IMG/VR virus record: IMGVR_UViG_3300026549_000024 | Length of the DNA stretch: 32,852 nt | Origin: a virus | Reading direction: 5' to 3' (one strand) | Program-made: the position numbers and the translations under genes | In this document: piece after piece, positions 14,832 through 24,625 of the stretch | Layout: each line of letters opens with the position of its first letter | How positions within the stretch are numbered: position 1 is the stretch's first letter | The notes under the pieces: generated by a model | What the model was told of the DNA's origin: nothing | Database searches by the model: none | The model's input: the letters and a program-made list of their open reading frames with translations, nothing else

Positions 14832-16115
14832 ATGGGATTGATCAGGAATCTTTTGAACTTACGCCGGGCGAAGTTCGTTCCTTTTGCTGCCCTTCGTGGA
14901 GATTATCAGGCGAACGGGAATCTTTATGATTCCGACGTCGTGGGAGCGATTGCAAACTGTATCGCTTCAAACGTCGGGAAGCTTCACCCGCAGATCATCC
15001 GGAACACGGAAGACGGGATCCAGAACAGAAACGATTATCTGTCAAAAATGCTTTCACTTCGCTGGGCACCTGAACTTGACACATATTCAGCACTTTATAA
15101 AATGGCCGCCGATCTTGTGTATCATTCAAACGCTTACGCGGTCATATTTTACACGGCAGACTTTACGCGGGTTCAGTCGATCGTTCCGATCACGGCGTCA
15201 GGCGTCAGGATTTGGGAAGATTACGACAGCGGCGAAATCATGTTCCGTTTCACGTGGGATTATGACGGCAAACAATACACGCTGCCCTATTCAGACGTGA
15301 TTCACATTCGGGCGCGTATGGACAGGAAACGATTTATCGGAACGCCGCCGGATTCACAGCTAAAGAATTCGCTTGAGCTTCTGGACTATACGGCGGAAGC
15401 GCTTCGGAATACCGTAAGGAACACGTCGAACCTGAAAGGGTATTTGAAATATAACAACTTCGCCGACGACGACGAACTGAAGAAGAAGGTTCGGGAATTT
15501 CAGGAAGCGTATATGTCCGTTTCAAATTCGGGCGGAATTGCGGGACTTGACAATTCAATGGACTTCAAGGAAATCACACAGCAGACGCCGAATATCCCGG
15601 TCACACAGTCGCAATATATCCGGGACAATATATATCGTTATTACGGCGTGAATGAAAACATCCTGACGTCGAAGTTCACAGAAAACGAATGGAACGCCTT
15701 TTATGAATCCGTGATCGAACCGATCGCCCTTCAGCTTTCACTTGAATTCACATTCAAACTTCTGACGGAACGCGAACGGGGATTCGGGAACAAGGTTATT
15801 TTCAGTTCAAACCGGCTGCAATATGCGACGCTTCAAACACGAATGGCAGTCGGCGGCGGACTGTTTGACAGGGGAATCATAACGATCAATGAGTTCCGCG
15901 AACTTATGTATTACGAACCGATCGAAGACGGAGACGTCAGAATGATATCGCTGAATTACGTGAAGACTGACGATCAATCACTTTATCAGACCGGAAGCGC
16001 CGGGCAGCAGACGGAAGCGGGCGAAGGGACTGAAGACGGCGACGCGAACGCGAAAGCCGAATTTTACTTTACAACAGCACGAAAGAAAGGGGGCAGCGGG
16101 CAGAATGAAGAATAA
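14832..16115 (+). CDS. Portal protein (HK97 family)
   Basis: 427 aa. Follows the terminase and precedes the ClpP-like protease and HK97-type capsid. Confidence 0.85.
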   Translation: MGLIRNLLNLRRAKFVPFAALRGDYQANGNLYDSDVVGAIANCIASNVGKLHPQIIRNTEDGIQNRNDYLSKMLSLRWAPELDTYSALYKMAADLVYHSNAYAVIFYTADFTRVQSIVPITASGVRIWEDYDSGEIMFRFTWDYDGKQYTLPYSDVIHIRARMDRKRFIGTPPDSQLKNSLELLDYTAEALRNTVRNTSNLKGYLKYNNFADDDELKKKVREFQEAYMSVSNSGGIAGLDNSMDFKEITQQTPNIPVTQSQYIRDNIYRYYGVNENILTSKFTENEWNAFYESVIEPIALQLSLEFTFKLLTERERGFGNKVIFSSNRLQYATLQTRMAVGGGLFDRGIITINEFRELMYYEPIEDGDVRMISLNYVKTDDQSLYQTGSAGQQTEAGEGTEDGDANAKAEFYFTTARKKGGSGQNEE

Positions 16116-16857
16116 AGAGATCAAGAAACTGTTTAACTGTTTCGAAATCAAAAACGAAACATTGACGTCCGCGGATCTGTATTTTTACGGCGACATTGTT
16201 TCGGACTTCTGGAGCGCATGGCAGGACGAAGATCAATATCCGGAAGCCGTGAAGAACTTCCTTGCAGGGCAGGCAGGGAAGGCGCTGAACATATATATCA
16301 ATTCGGGCGGCGGTTCTGTATTCGCCGGAATCGCGATCTATAACATGATCAAGCGGTTCGGGCAGTCGAACGCCGTTCAGGTGTATGTCGACGGATTAGC
16401 TGGATCGATCGCGTCGATTATCGCGTTTTCGGGGACTACAGCGCCGAAGATCCCGGCGAATGCTTTCCTGATGATTCATAATCCGTGGGCTTCGGTTGAC
16501 GGAAACGCGGAAGAACTTCGGAAGATTGCCGACGATCTTGACGTCGTGGCTTCCGGAATGCTTTCAATCTACATGGAACACGTGAAAGAAGGCGTGACGG
16601 AAGAACAAATTCGTCAGCTTATGGCCGGGGAATCATGGCTGACAGGGCAGCAGGCAGCAGATTATTTCAACGTGGAAGTGACAAATGCCGTTGAAATCGC
16701 GGCAGCGTCCGGGGATTACGTGAACAGGCTTCACAATATCCCGAAGGATCTTCATATCCGGCCGAATGGAACGTCTGAAAATCTGGACGCGCGGAACAGC
16801 GAACAGATTCAGAATAAACGGGATCAGATATCCCGGATCATTATCAACAGCTTATGA
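16105..16857 (+). CDS. Head maturation protease, ClpP-like (S14)
   Basis: IYINSGGGSVFAGIAIYN, catalytic-Ser context GLAGSIASII, and His context MIHNPW. Confidence 0.9.
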   Translation: MKNKEIKKLFNCFEIKNETLTSADLYFYGDIVSDFWSAWQDEDQYPEAVKNFLAGQAGKALNIYINSGGGSVFAGIAIYNMIKRFGQSNAVQVYVDGLAGSIASIIAFSGTTAPKIPANAFLMIHNPWASVDGNAEELRKIADDLDVVASGMLSIYMEHVKEGVTEEQIRQLMAGESWLTGQQAADYFNVEVTNAVEIAAASGDYVNRLHNIPKDLHIRPNGTSENLDARNSEQIQNKRDQISRIIINSL

Positions 16858-16872
16858 AAGGAGCAAAGGACA

Positions 16873-18090
16873 ATGAAGCACGATGAACTTTTGAAACTGA
16901 CAAAGGATCAGCTGAACGCGCGTCTGAAAGAAATCGGCGTTCAGGCAAAGACCGCAGAAGGCGAAGCGTTAGACGCGCTTGTCGCTGAAGCACAGGATAT
17001 CAACGATATTCTTGCGGCAGCAAAGAAGCGTGAACAGCTTGCAGGCTACGCGGCAGCAGCAGGCGATCCGGAACCGGGCGCAGGCGAAGGAACAGAGGGC
17101 ACGAAGGATCAGAACGTCAAGGCGCTCGAAGCCCGCGGAAAGGTTCTGAAATCCGGCGGAAGCGTGAAGTTTTCCGCACGTGTCGCGGCCCGCAATATGA
17201 AAGCCGCCCTTTCCGTCACATCAACCGCGCCGGTTGTTCATACCGCGACAGACGTTCGCGATACATTCAATCCGGTTTCCGCGCTGATCGATATGGTTCG
17301 TCTTGTTCCGCTTCAGGGCGGCGAAACATACGAACGCGGATTCGTGAAGGGCTACGGGATCGGAGGAGCGACAGAGGAAGGCGCAGATTATACCGAAGCG
17401 GAACCTTCTTTCGGTTACGTTACGATCGAAAAGCAGAAGATCACGTCATATTGCGAGGAACCGGAAGAAATGGCAAAGCTGCCGAATGCAGATTATGACA
17501 GCATTGTCGAAGGTTCTGTTTCGAAGGCGGTCAGAAGATACCTTTCTCGCCAGATCCTTATCGGCGACGGCACAACGTCGAAGCTGAAAGGAATCTTCTT
17601 CAATCCGGCAGACACAAAGGAACAGGTGATCGATCCTGATACGGATATCACCACAATCACAGCGATTGCAGACGACACGCTTGACGAAATTATTTATTCC
17701 TACGGCGGCGACGAAGAGACTGAAGGCGTCGCAACGCTGATCCTGAACAAGAAGGATCTGAAGGCGTTCGCGAAGCTTCGCGACAAGCAGGGCCGGAAGG
17801 TTTACACAATCGTGAACAACGGGCAGACCGGCACAATCGACGGCGTTCCGTTCGTGATTTCTTCCGCTTGCAGAGCAATTTCAGACAGCGCGACAGCGGC
17901 GGGCGCTTACGAAATGGCATACGGCCCGCTCGAAAACTACGAACTTGCCGTCTTCTCTGATATCGACGTCAGAAGATCCGACGATTACAAGTTCAAGCAG
18001 GGTCAGACCGCTTTCCGCGCGTCCATGTTCGCAGGCGGCGCCGTGGCAGCTTATAACGGTTTCGTCCGCGTGAAGAAAGCGACAGCATAA
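16873..18090 (+). CDS. Major capsid protein (HK97 fold) with N-terminal scaffold-like delta domain
   Basis: 405 aa. Coiled-coil N-terminus followed by a typical HK97-MCP body. Position after the protease. Confidence 0.9.
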   Translation: MKHDELLKLTKDQLNARLKEIGVQAKTAEGEALDALVAEAQDINDILAAAKKREQLAGYAAAAGDPEPGAGEGTEGTKDQNVKALEARGKVLKSGGSVKFSARVAARNMKAALSVTSTAPVVHTATDVRDTFNPVSALIDMVRLVPLQGGETYERGFVKGYGIGGATEEGADYTEAEPSFGYVTIEKQKITSYCEEPEEMAKLPNADYDSIVEGSVSKAVRRYLSRQILIGDGTTSKLKGIFFNPADTKEQVIDPDTDITTITAIADDTLDEIIYSYGGDEETEGVATLILNKKDLKAFAKLRDKQGRKVYTIVNNGQTGTIDGVPFVISSACRAISDSATAAGAYEMAYGPLENYELAVFSDIDVRRSDDYKFKQGQTAFRASMFAGGAVAAYNGFVRVKKATA

Positions 18091-18129
18091 AGAACCGGAA
18101 GAACAGGCAGAAAATGAAAGGCGGTCGAA

Positions 18130-18474
18130 ATGACGATCGAAGAACTGTATAGCGCCGCCCGGTTACGGGTACGGAAAACCATAAAAGACGCACTTGACGA
18201 AGACGTTCAGCGGCTTGTTGACGCTTGCGTCGCGGATCTGAAAAGGATCGGCGTTCATGAATCATGGATTTCGGCGCCTACGGATCCGATTATCATCGAA
18301 ACCGTCCTTTCTTATGTCCGGGCGAATTATTCCGTCGATACGTCACAATATCCGATCCTTTCGGGGATCTACGACATGAACCTGACGAAGCTGAAAGGTG
18401 ATTCAAAGTATTTTTCCGAAGCTGAAACGGCTTCGGAATCTTCTGATTCTGGAAGCAGGAGCGGGACGACATGA
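18130..18474 (+). CDS. Head-tail connector (gp6-like)
   Basis: 114 aa. The pattern ...DEDVQRLVDACVADLKRIGV... and position after the capsid gene. Confidence 0.7.
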   Translation: MTIEELYSAARLRVRKTIKDALDEDVQRLVDACVADLKRIGVHESWISAPTDPIIIETVLSYVRANYSVDTSQYPILSGIYDMNLTKLKGDSKYFSEAETASESSDSGSRSGTT

Positions 18475-18761
18475 AGGATTGTGTGATTGAATTGATTCAT
18501 CCGGGCGACACGGCAGCAGAAGACGAAAAGACGGAAGTTTTCGCGTCCGTGGAACCGGTCGGGCGGGATGAATTTCAGGCAGCAGGAAATAACGGGTATA
18601 AAGCGGAACAGAAGCTGACGGTTTGGTCGTCAGAATATGACGATCAGCCGGAAGTGATCTTCAACGGCGAACGTCACACAATATACAGAACGTACGGCCC
18701 GAAGCCGGACGGAAAGACAGAACTGTATATCGCGGAAAGGGTCGGGAATCGTGGTCACTAA
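18471..18761 (+). CDS. Head closure / head-tail adaptor protein
   Basis: 96 aa. ATGA overlap with the upstream gene. Size and position match the SPP1 gp16/HK97 gp9 class. Confidence 0.65.
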   Translation: MKDCVIELIHPGDTAAEDEKTEVFASVEPVGRDEFQAAGNNGYKAEQKLTVWSSEYDDQPEVIFNGERHTIYRTYGPKPDGKTELYIAERVGNRGH

Positions 18762-19155
18762 AATCAACATTGAAGATCTTGACGAAGCCGTTCAAAAGCA
18801 GCTTGAAACGTATCAAACCGATCTGACAAAACTGGTTAATGAAAAGTTTGAAGAAGTCGCACAAAAGACCGACGAAAAGCTGAAGCAGGGCGGGCCGTAT
18901 AACGAACGGACGGGCAAATATACGCCTGATTGGGATTATAGGGTCAGGGAGAACGTAGGAAGCGTCCTTTCTACGGATGAATACACGGTCTACAACAAGA
19001 AGCATTATCAATTAACACATCTTCTTGAAAAAGGGCATTTATCACGGTCAGGAAAGCGGGTCAGGGCGTTCGAACATATTTATCCGGCCGAACAGGAAAC
19101 GGAAAAGTTAGCGCTTAAAGCAGCCGAAGAAGCGGCACGGGAAGCGGGTGAATAA
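18751..19155 (+). CDS. HK97 gp10-like tail-joining protein
   Basis: 134 aa with GTG start. LTHLLEKGH motif region. Called by position. Confidence 0.55.
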   Translation: MVTKINIEDLDEAVQKQLETYQTDLTKLVNEKFEEVAQKTDEKLKQGGPYNERTGKYTPDWDYRVRENVGSVLSTDEYTVYNKKHYQLTHLLEKGHLSRSGKRVRAFEHIYPAEQETEKLALKAAEEAAREAGE

Positions 19156-19156
19156 T

Positions 19157-19495
19157 ATGACAAAGTGGGAAGACGTGATCACCCGCGCGGCAGCGGTCGG
19201 GATCCCGATAACAGAAAATGAATTCAGGGTCACGAAGCAGAATCCCGCGCCGGATCCGCCTTTTCTTGTTTACCTTCACACGGAACGGCAGCGGGGAAGC
19301 GACGAAAAGAACAGAATCAGGGAAGTCAACGGGTCGATTGAATTATATACAGACAGGAAGCCGGATCCGGAATATGAACAGAAGGTCGAAGACGACGTTC
19401 TTTTCGACATAGAGTTCACGAAGAATCAGGTTTTGATCCAGTCTGAAAACATGGTTCAAACGTCGTATGACTTCACAATAGTTCAGAAGAAATAA
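19157..19495 (+). CDS. Tail completion/terminator-class protein (by position)
   Basis: ORF immediately upstream of the major tail protein. Start placed at ATG 19157, after the upstream stop at 19153-19155. Confidence 0.5.
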   Translation: MTKWEDVITRAAAVGIPITENEFRVTKQNPAPDPPFLVYLHTERQRGSDEKNRIREVNGSIELYTDRKPDPEYEQKVEDDVLFDIEFTKNQVLIQSENMVQTSYDFTIVQKK

Positions 19496-19514
19496 CAGAA
19501 AGGAAGGCTAAAAA

Positions 19515-20129
19515 ATGGCAGACGCAGCAAAAGCACCCGAAAGAATCGTTTTAGGTTCCGGGTATATCCATTTAGCAACGTTTACGAAGGGAATGACAAT
19601 TCAGGATCCGTGGGAGTTCTGCACGGATGAAAACCGCTTTTCCTATATCAGCGGCGGCGCTTCACTTGAATATTCTTCGACATATTCCGAAGCAAAAGAC
19701 GACATGGGAAAAGTGTCGAAGACAATTATCACAGAGGAAGAAGCGACACTAAAGACCGGGTTAATGACACTTGACGGGAACACGATTGAAAAACTTTGCG
19801 ACACGGCCCGCGTAACTACATCAACGGACGGGAAATATCGGATCGTGAAGATCGGCGGCGTCGGAAACAGGAAGGGCGCGAAGTATGTTATCTGCTTCCA
19901 CCATGTCGATCCAGTCGACGGCGATATCTGGATTATGATCGTCGGGCAGAATCAGGCCGGATTTACATTTACATTCGCGAAGGACGACGCAACGGTTATC
20001 GACGCGGAATTCAAGGCACTTCCGAATTTGGACGGCGAAGGAACGTTGATCCAGTACGTCGAACAGGTTGTCGACGCTTCTTCCGGCAGTTCTTCTTCAA
20101 GCAGTTCCGGTACCGGAACTGCAGGCTGA
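19515..20129 (+). CDS. Major tail protein
   Basis: 204 aa with a strong RBS (aaaggaagg). Located before the chaperone pair and tape measure. Ser-rich C-terminal tail. Confidence 0.75.
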   Translation: MADAAKAPERIVLGSGYIHLATFTKGMTIQDPWEFCTDENRFSYISGGASLEYSSTYSEAKDDMGKVSKTIITEEEATLKTGLMTLDGNTIEKLCDTARVTTSTDGKYRIVKIGGVGNRKGAKYVICFHHVDPVDGDIWIMIVGQNQAGFTFTFAKDDATVIDAEFKALPNLDGEGTLIQYVEQVVDASSGSSSSSSSGTGTAG

Positions 20130-20167
20130 TCGGCAGCAGGACAACAATAAATGAATCACTGAATCAG

Positions 20168-20203
20168 AACCGGCGGCAGACCGAAGGGATCCGCCGCCGG
20201 TTT
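20168..20203 (+). terminator. Stem-loop after the major tail protein gene (partial terminator)
   Basis: aaccggcggc (20168-20177) pairs with gccgccggtt (20193-20202) across a 15-nt loop, followed by a short T-run. Confidence 0.5.
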
Positions 20204-20255
20204 ATCAATCTCACAGGCGGTGCGTCGGCGTCAGCAGCGTGAAAGGGGCTATATT

Positions 20256-20594
20256 ATGGCGAATTTATCATTTTCATTTCCGGATGGCGTGAAAAGAACG
20301 TTCTTCAACGTGGAACTGAAGGACGGCAGGAAGCTTCAGGTTAAAATGCCGAAGAAATCAACATTTTCAAAAGTTTCCACATTGCAGGGATTTTCAAACA
20401 ATCCTGACGCTTCCGTCGACGACGTTATTGATACGTTGTCGGCGCTTATTGCCGAATGCCTTTCAAATAATTTGAACGGCGATACAGTGAAAGCGTCGGA
20501 AATCGCGGAAGATTACGACATTGAAGAAATGCAGCAGTTCTTGAATATGTATATGGATCAGTTCGTCGCGGGGATTCAGAACGAAAAAAACTGA
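20256..20594 (+). CDS. Tail assembly chaperone (G-like)
   Basis: 112 aa between the major tail protein and the tape measure. Ends ...QNEKN-stop on the slippery run A-AAA-AAC (20585-20591). Confidence 0.7.
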   Translation: MANLSFSFPDGVKRTFFNVELKDGRKLQVKMPKKSTFSKVSTLQGFSNNPDASVDDVIDTLSALIAECLSNNLNGDTVKASEIAEDYDIEEMQQFLNMYMDQFVAGIQNEKN

Positions 20595-20896
20595 AGCTGC
20601 CCTACTATCCGGGGCAGACAGGAAAAGAAGAAAAGGATCAGATTCACTACAAGACAAAGACGGAAGGCGAACATTTAGTGATCCGCTATACCGGCCTGAA
20701 TCTGATTCAGATAAATGATTTGGATATGGACATTTATCTTTTTTACCTTCGCGAAGCTTATATTCACTATATGAGCCTTACGAAAGAAGGCCGGGAATAT
20801 CTGGAAAAATGTTACATCTTCGAACAGACGAAGCCAGATCGCGGGGCGCTTCGCGAACGGTTCGGGAAGAAGAGAGGGGCTTCGAATGGCAAATAA
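20591..20896 (+). CDS. -1 frame extension of the tail chaperone (G-T-like frameshift product, joined to 20256-20591)
   Basis: By hand translation, the -1 frame is open from the slippery site (LKLPYYPGQTGKEEKDQIHYKTKTEGEHLVIRYTGLN...) to 20896. It ends by overlapping the tape-measure start. Confidence 0.65.
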   Translation: MKLPYYPGQTGKEEKDQIHYKTKTEGEHLVIRYTGLNLIQINDLDMDIYLFYLREAYIHYMSLTKEGREYLEKCYIFEQTKPDRGALRERFGKKRGASNGK

Positions 20897-23732
20897 TATC
20901 AAAGGTATCACGATCGAAATCGGGGGCGATACCACAAAACTTGATAAAGCCCTGAAAGATGTCAATAAAGAAACAAAGTCGCTGAAAGCGGAACTGAAAG
21001 AAGTTGACAAGTCGCTGAAGCTTGATCCGAAGAATACGGAACTTGTCGCACAGAAGCAAAAGATCCTTGCAGAATCCATTGACGCGACAGAAGAGAAGCT
21101 GCAAACGCTGAACGAAGCACAGGCACAGGCGAAGCAGCAGTTTGAAAACGGGGATTTAGGCGAAGAACAATATCGCGCCCTTCAGCGCGAAATCATAAAC
21201 ACGGAATCCGAACTGAAGAAACTGAAAGAAACACAGGATTCTATGAAGTGGGACGGACTTGTCGACGCCGGAAAGAAGCTTCAGGACGTCGGCGGGAAGA
21301 TTTCGGGTGTCGGGGAAAAGCTTCTTCCGGTAACGGCAGCGGTCACGGGCGTCGGCGCGGCGGGCGTTGCTGCCGCAATGGATCTTGATAACGGTTACGA
21401 CACGATTCTAACGAAGACCGGGGCGACAGGGGAAGCACTTGACGGCCTTCAAGATCAAATGGATCGAATCTTCGCAGATATTCCGACAGACGCGGAAACG
21501 GCAGGCGTCGCGATCGGAGAAGTAAACACCCGCTTCGGCCTTACCGGGGACGCGTTAGGCGATCTTTCACAACAGTTCATAGAATTCGCTGAAATCAACG
21601 GCACGGATCTGAATACGTCGATCGATTCTGTTGACGCCGTAATGACAAAATTCGGCGTCGATTCTTCACATACGGGCGAAGTATTGGGTTTAATGACGAA
21701 AGCAGGGCAGGACACCGGGCTTTCTATGGACACGCTTTATTCTTCGCTTGAAACGAACGGCGCGGTCCTGAAAGAAATGGGTTTAGGGCTGACAGAATCG
21801 ATCAATCTGTTAGCGCAATTTGAAAGCAGCGGCGTCGACACGTCAACAGCGCTTGCCGCCCTGAAGAAAGCACAACAGAACGCGACGGCAGAAGGGAAGA
21901 CGCTTGATCAGGCATTAGCCGACAGCATTGACAAAATAAAAGGCGCGAAGACGGAAACGGAAGCGCTGCAAATTGCGACGGACTTGTTCGGAAAGAAGGG
22001 CGCGGCAGAAATGACGCAGGCGATCCGGGAAGGTCGTTTTTCCGTCGAAGATCTGACGGCTTCACTTTCCGATTACGGAACGACAGTCGAAGACACGTAT
22101 AACGCGACGTTGGATCCGTGGGATCAGCTGACAGTCGCGACGAATAACCTGAAGCTTGCGGGCGCTGAACTTGCGTCAACGCTTCTTGACGCGCTTCAGC
22201 CAGTGATTGAATCACATGTCGAAAAGGTCAAAGAATTCACGAATTGGTTTAAGAATCTGAGCGACGGACAGAAACAAATGATCATCCGGATCGGCGCGGT
22301 TGTGGCGGCAATAGGCCCGGCGCTGATTGCGATCGGAAAAGTGACGTCAGGCGTTGGGACATTCCTGACGACGATCCCGAAGATAACGGGCGTCCTTGCG
22401 AAGTTGGTTCCGGGAATATCCGGCGCGGCAACGGCAGCGACAGGGGCAGGAACGGCGGCAGCAGGCGCCGGAACAGCGGTCGCGGGTGCGGGTGCGTCGA
22501 TTGCAGCAGTAGCGGCGCCGATCCTTGCGATTGTGGCCGTTATTGCCGTATTAGTGGCCGCCTTCAAACACTTGTGGGACACAAACGAAGAATTCAGGAA
22601 CGCGATCACGGGCATTTGGGACAATATCAAAGCGAAGTTTCAGGAATTCGCCGATGGGATATCGGAACGCCTGAATGCGGTCGGAATCAACTTCGATTCC
22701 GTGACAAGCGCAATCAAAGCCGTTTGGGAAGGCTTCTGTGATTTTTTAGCGCCGATCTTCGAAGGAACGTTCAAGGTTATTGAAACAGTCCTTTCAACGG
22801 TTCTTGACGTCCTGACGGGGCTTCTTGACGTATTTATCGGACTGTTTACGGGAAATTGGGAACAGTGTTGGAACGGCGTCAAAGAAATCTTTCAGGGCGT
22901 TATGAACGGGATCGCCGGGATATTTAACGCATTAGCGGACACGCTGAAAAGCGTCCTTGACGTCGTTTTAGGGTGGTTCGGTACGTCATGCGAAGACATA
23001 AAGAACGTATTCGCAACGATCCCGGAATGGTTCGGGCAGATCTTCACGAACGCCTATAACGCCGTGACAAATGCCTTCACCGCGATCGGGCAATGGTTTT
23101 CTGCCCGTTGGACAGACATTCAGGGTGCTTTTTCGAATACGGCTTCATGGTTCAGTACGACGTTTAACAATGCCGTTACAAGCATTCACAACGCGTTCAA
23201 CGGGATCGGTAGTTGGTTCCAGACAAACGTAATTGACGCGATCAGGGGCGTGTTCGACGGCTTTTCGCTGAAGGAAGCAGGCGAAAGAATAATGAATTCG
23301 TTTGTAAATGCGATCAAGTCGATACATATTCCGACACTTCATGTTGATTGGGACATGGACGAAAAGACAATCGCCGGGCTGACGGTAAAAGTTCCGGTTC
23401 CACATATTTCATGGAATGCAGCGGGCGGAATATTCAACGCGCCGGGAATTGCGGGATTCTATAACGGACAGCTTCAGGGCGTCGGGGAAAAGGGTCCGGA
23501 AGCGGTTCTTCCGTTGGACCAGTTTTATAAAAGGGTTGAAGGATATATTGACAGGGCTATAAACGAAACGCGGGCAGCGGCAGCAGGCAGCAGGACAGCA
23601 GCGACGACAGCAGGCGGAGGATTCACACAAAATAATTATTACACGTCGCCGAAAGCCCTTTCGCCATACGAAGCAGCACGGCAAACAAGAAACGCGACGC
23701 GGAATATGATCCTTCAGCTTCAAAGGGGTTAA
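20886..23732 (+). CDS. Tape measure protein
   Basis: 948 aa. N-terminal coiled coil, central Ala/Gly/Thr-rich hydrophobic segments, repeated helical FxxW-type segments. Position fits. Confidence 0.9.
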   Translation: MANNIKGITIEIGGDTTKLDKALKDVNKETKSLKAELKEVDKSLKLDPKNTELVAQKQKILAESIDATEEKLQTLNEAQAQAKQQFENGDLGEEQYRALQREIINTESELKKLKETQDSMKWDGLVDAGKKLQDVGGKISGVGEKLLPVTAAVTGVGAAGVAAAMDLDNGYDTILTKTGATGEALDGLQDQMDRIFADIPTDAETAGVAIGEVNTRFGLTGDALGDLSQQFIEFAEINGTDLNTSIDSVDAVMTKFGVDSSHTGEVLGLMTKAGQDTGLSMDTLYSSLETNGAVLKEMGLGLTESINLLAQFESSGVDTSTALAALKKAQQNATAEGKTLDQALADSIDKIKGAKTETEALQIATDLFGKKGAAEMTQAIREGRFSVEDLTASLSDYGTTVEDTYNATLDPWDQLTVATNNLKLAGAELASTLLDALQPVIESHVEKVKEFTNWFKNLSDGQKQMIIRIGAVVAAIGPALIAIGKVTSGVGTFLTTIPKITGVLAKLVPGISGAATAATGAGTAAAGAGTAVAGAGASIAAVAAPILAIVAVIAVLVAAFKHLWDTNEEFRNAITGIWDNIKAKFQEFADGISERLNAVGINFDSVTSAIKAVWEGFCDFLAPIFEGTFKVIETVLSTVLDVLTGLLDVFIGLFTGNWEQCWNGVKEIFQGVMNGIAGIFNALADTLKSVLDVVLGWFGTSCEDIKNVFATIPEWFGQIFTNAYNAVTNAFTAIGQWFSARWTDIQGAFSNTASWFSTTFNNAVTSIHNAFNGIGSWFQTNVIDAIRGVFDGFSLKEAGERIMNSFVNAIKSIHIPTLHVDWDMDEKTIAGLTVKVPVPHISWNAAGGIFNAPGIAGFYNGQLQGVGEKGPEAVLPLDQFYKRVEGYIDRAINETRAAAAGSRTAATTAGGGFTQNNYYTSPKALSPYEAARQTRNATRNMILQLQRG

Positions 23733-23735
23733 TCA

Positions 23736-24623
23736 ATGTCAAAACGCGAAATTATATGCCGGAACGAAGACGACGTTGAAATTCGCTTCAGTTACGAAGA
23801 AGAAGCTGAATATTTCCTTGAATCACTGGAAGGATTCACGTCGATAACGAACAAGGTCGCAACGTCAGAGAATACGACGATCGACGGATCCACATATCAG
23901 GGATCCGTCACGTCACAACGAAACCTTGTTATTACGTGTTCAATGGATAACGATTATCAGAACCGGCGAAATCAGCTTTATAAATGCTTCAAGCCGAAAG
24001 CAACGGGGACACTAACATTCATCGAAGACGACGAAAAACGCGTTATTGATTACAAAGTCGAAAACGTGGACGTCGACGAAAAGGGCGTTATCAGATACGG
24101 AACGTTAAGCCTGATATGTCCGGATCCGTTCTTCAAGGATCTTGAAGATTTGACCGTTACAATGGCCGGTTGGGAAGCAGATTTTGAATTTGAACACGAA
24201 TTTCTCGCCGACGAAGAAGGCGGCGAAGAATTAGGACACAGATCAGCGGAAATAACAAAGGTTATTGAAAACGACAGCGCCGCCGACAATATCGGAATCC
24301 GGGTCGATATCGAAGCAACGGGCGCCGTTGTAAATCCTGCCGTATATCATCAGGAACAGGGCGAACACATCCGGATCGGAACCGACGCGAATCCTTTCAC
24401 AATGCAATCGGGAGACATTTTACGAATAACGACAGGAACGAATGAAAAAGACGTCGTTCTTGTGCGCGGGGAAACAAAAACTTCCGTGAATGAATATCTT
24501 GACGAAGAATCAGAGTTCATTCAGCTTGTACACGGCCCGAATACGATAACATATGCTGCCGACGCCGGGCGTGATTATATGAACGTTACGATCATTTATC
24601 GGTACAGATATTTAGGGGTTTAA
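23736..24623 (+). CDS. Distal tail protein (Dit, siphovirus tail family)
   Basis: 295 aa immediately after the tape measure. Confidence 0.7.
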   Translation: MSKREIICRNEDDVEIRFSYEEEAEYFLESLEGFTSITNKVATSENTTIDGSTYQGSVTSQRNLVITCSMDNDYQNRRNQLYKCFKPKATGTLTFIEDDEKRVIDYKVENVDVDEKGVIRYGTLSLICPDPFFKDLEDLTVTMAGWEADFEFEHEFLADEEGGEELGHRSAEITKVIENDSAADNIGIRVDIEATGAVVNPAVYHQEQGEHIRIGTDANPFTMQSGDILRITTGTNEKDVVLVRGETKTSVNEYLDEESEFIQLVHGPNTITYAADAGRDYMNVTIIYRYRYLGV

Positions 24624-24625
24624 TA

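Noticed and set aside
19796-20242. 148-aa alternative-frame ORF overlapping the 3' end of the major tail protein gene (possible frameshift extension)
   Set aside because: Its Arg-rich junk-like composition and the absence of a slippery sequence at a plausible junction argue against it. The intergenic terminator hairpin at 20168-20203 lies inside it.
22430-22520. Low-complexity GCN-rich stretch in the tape-measure gene as a possible nucleotide tandem repeat
   Set aside because: It encodes an Ala/Gly/Thr-rich hydrophobic segment (AATAATGAGTAAAGAGTAVAGAGAS). I could not see an exact repeating DNA unit.
21802-22630. 137-aa and 144-aa minus-strand ORFs inside the tape-measure gene
   Set aside because: These are shadow ORFs in an Ala/Gly-rich coding region. 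Their low-complexity sequences mirror the plus-strand codons.
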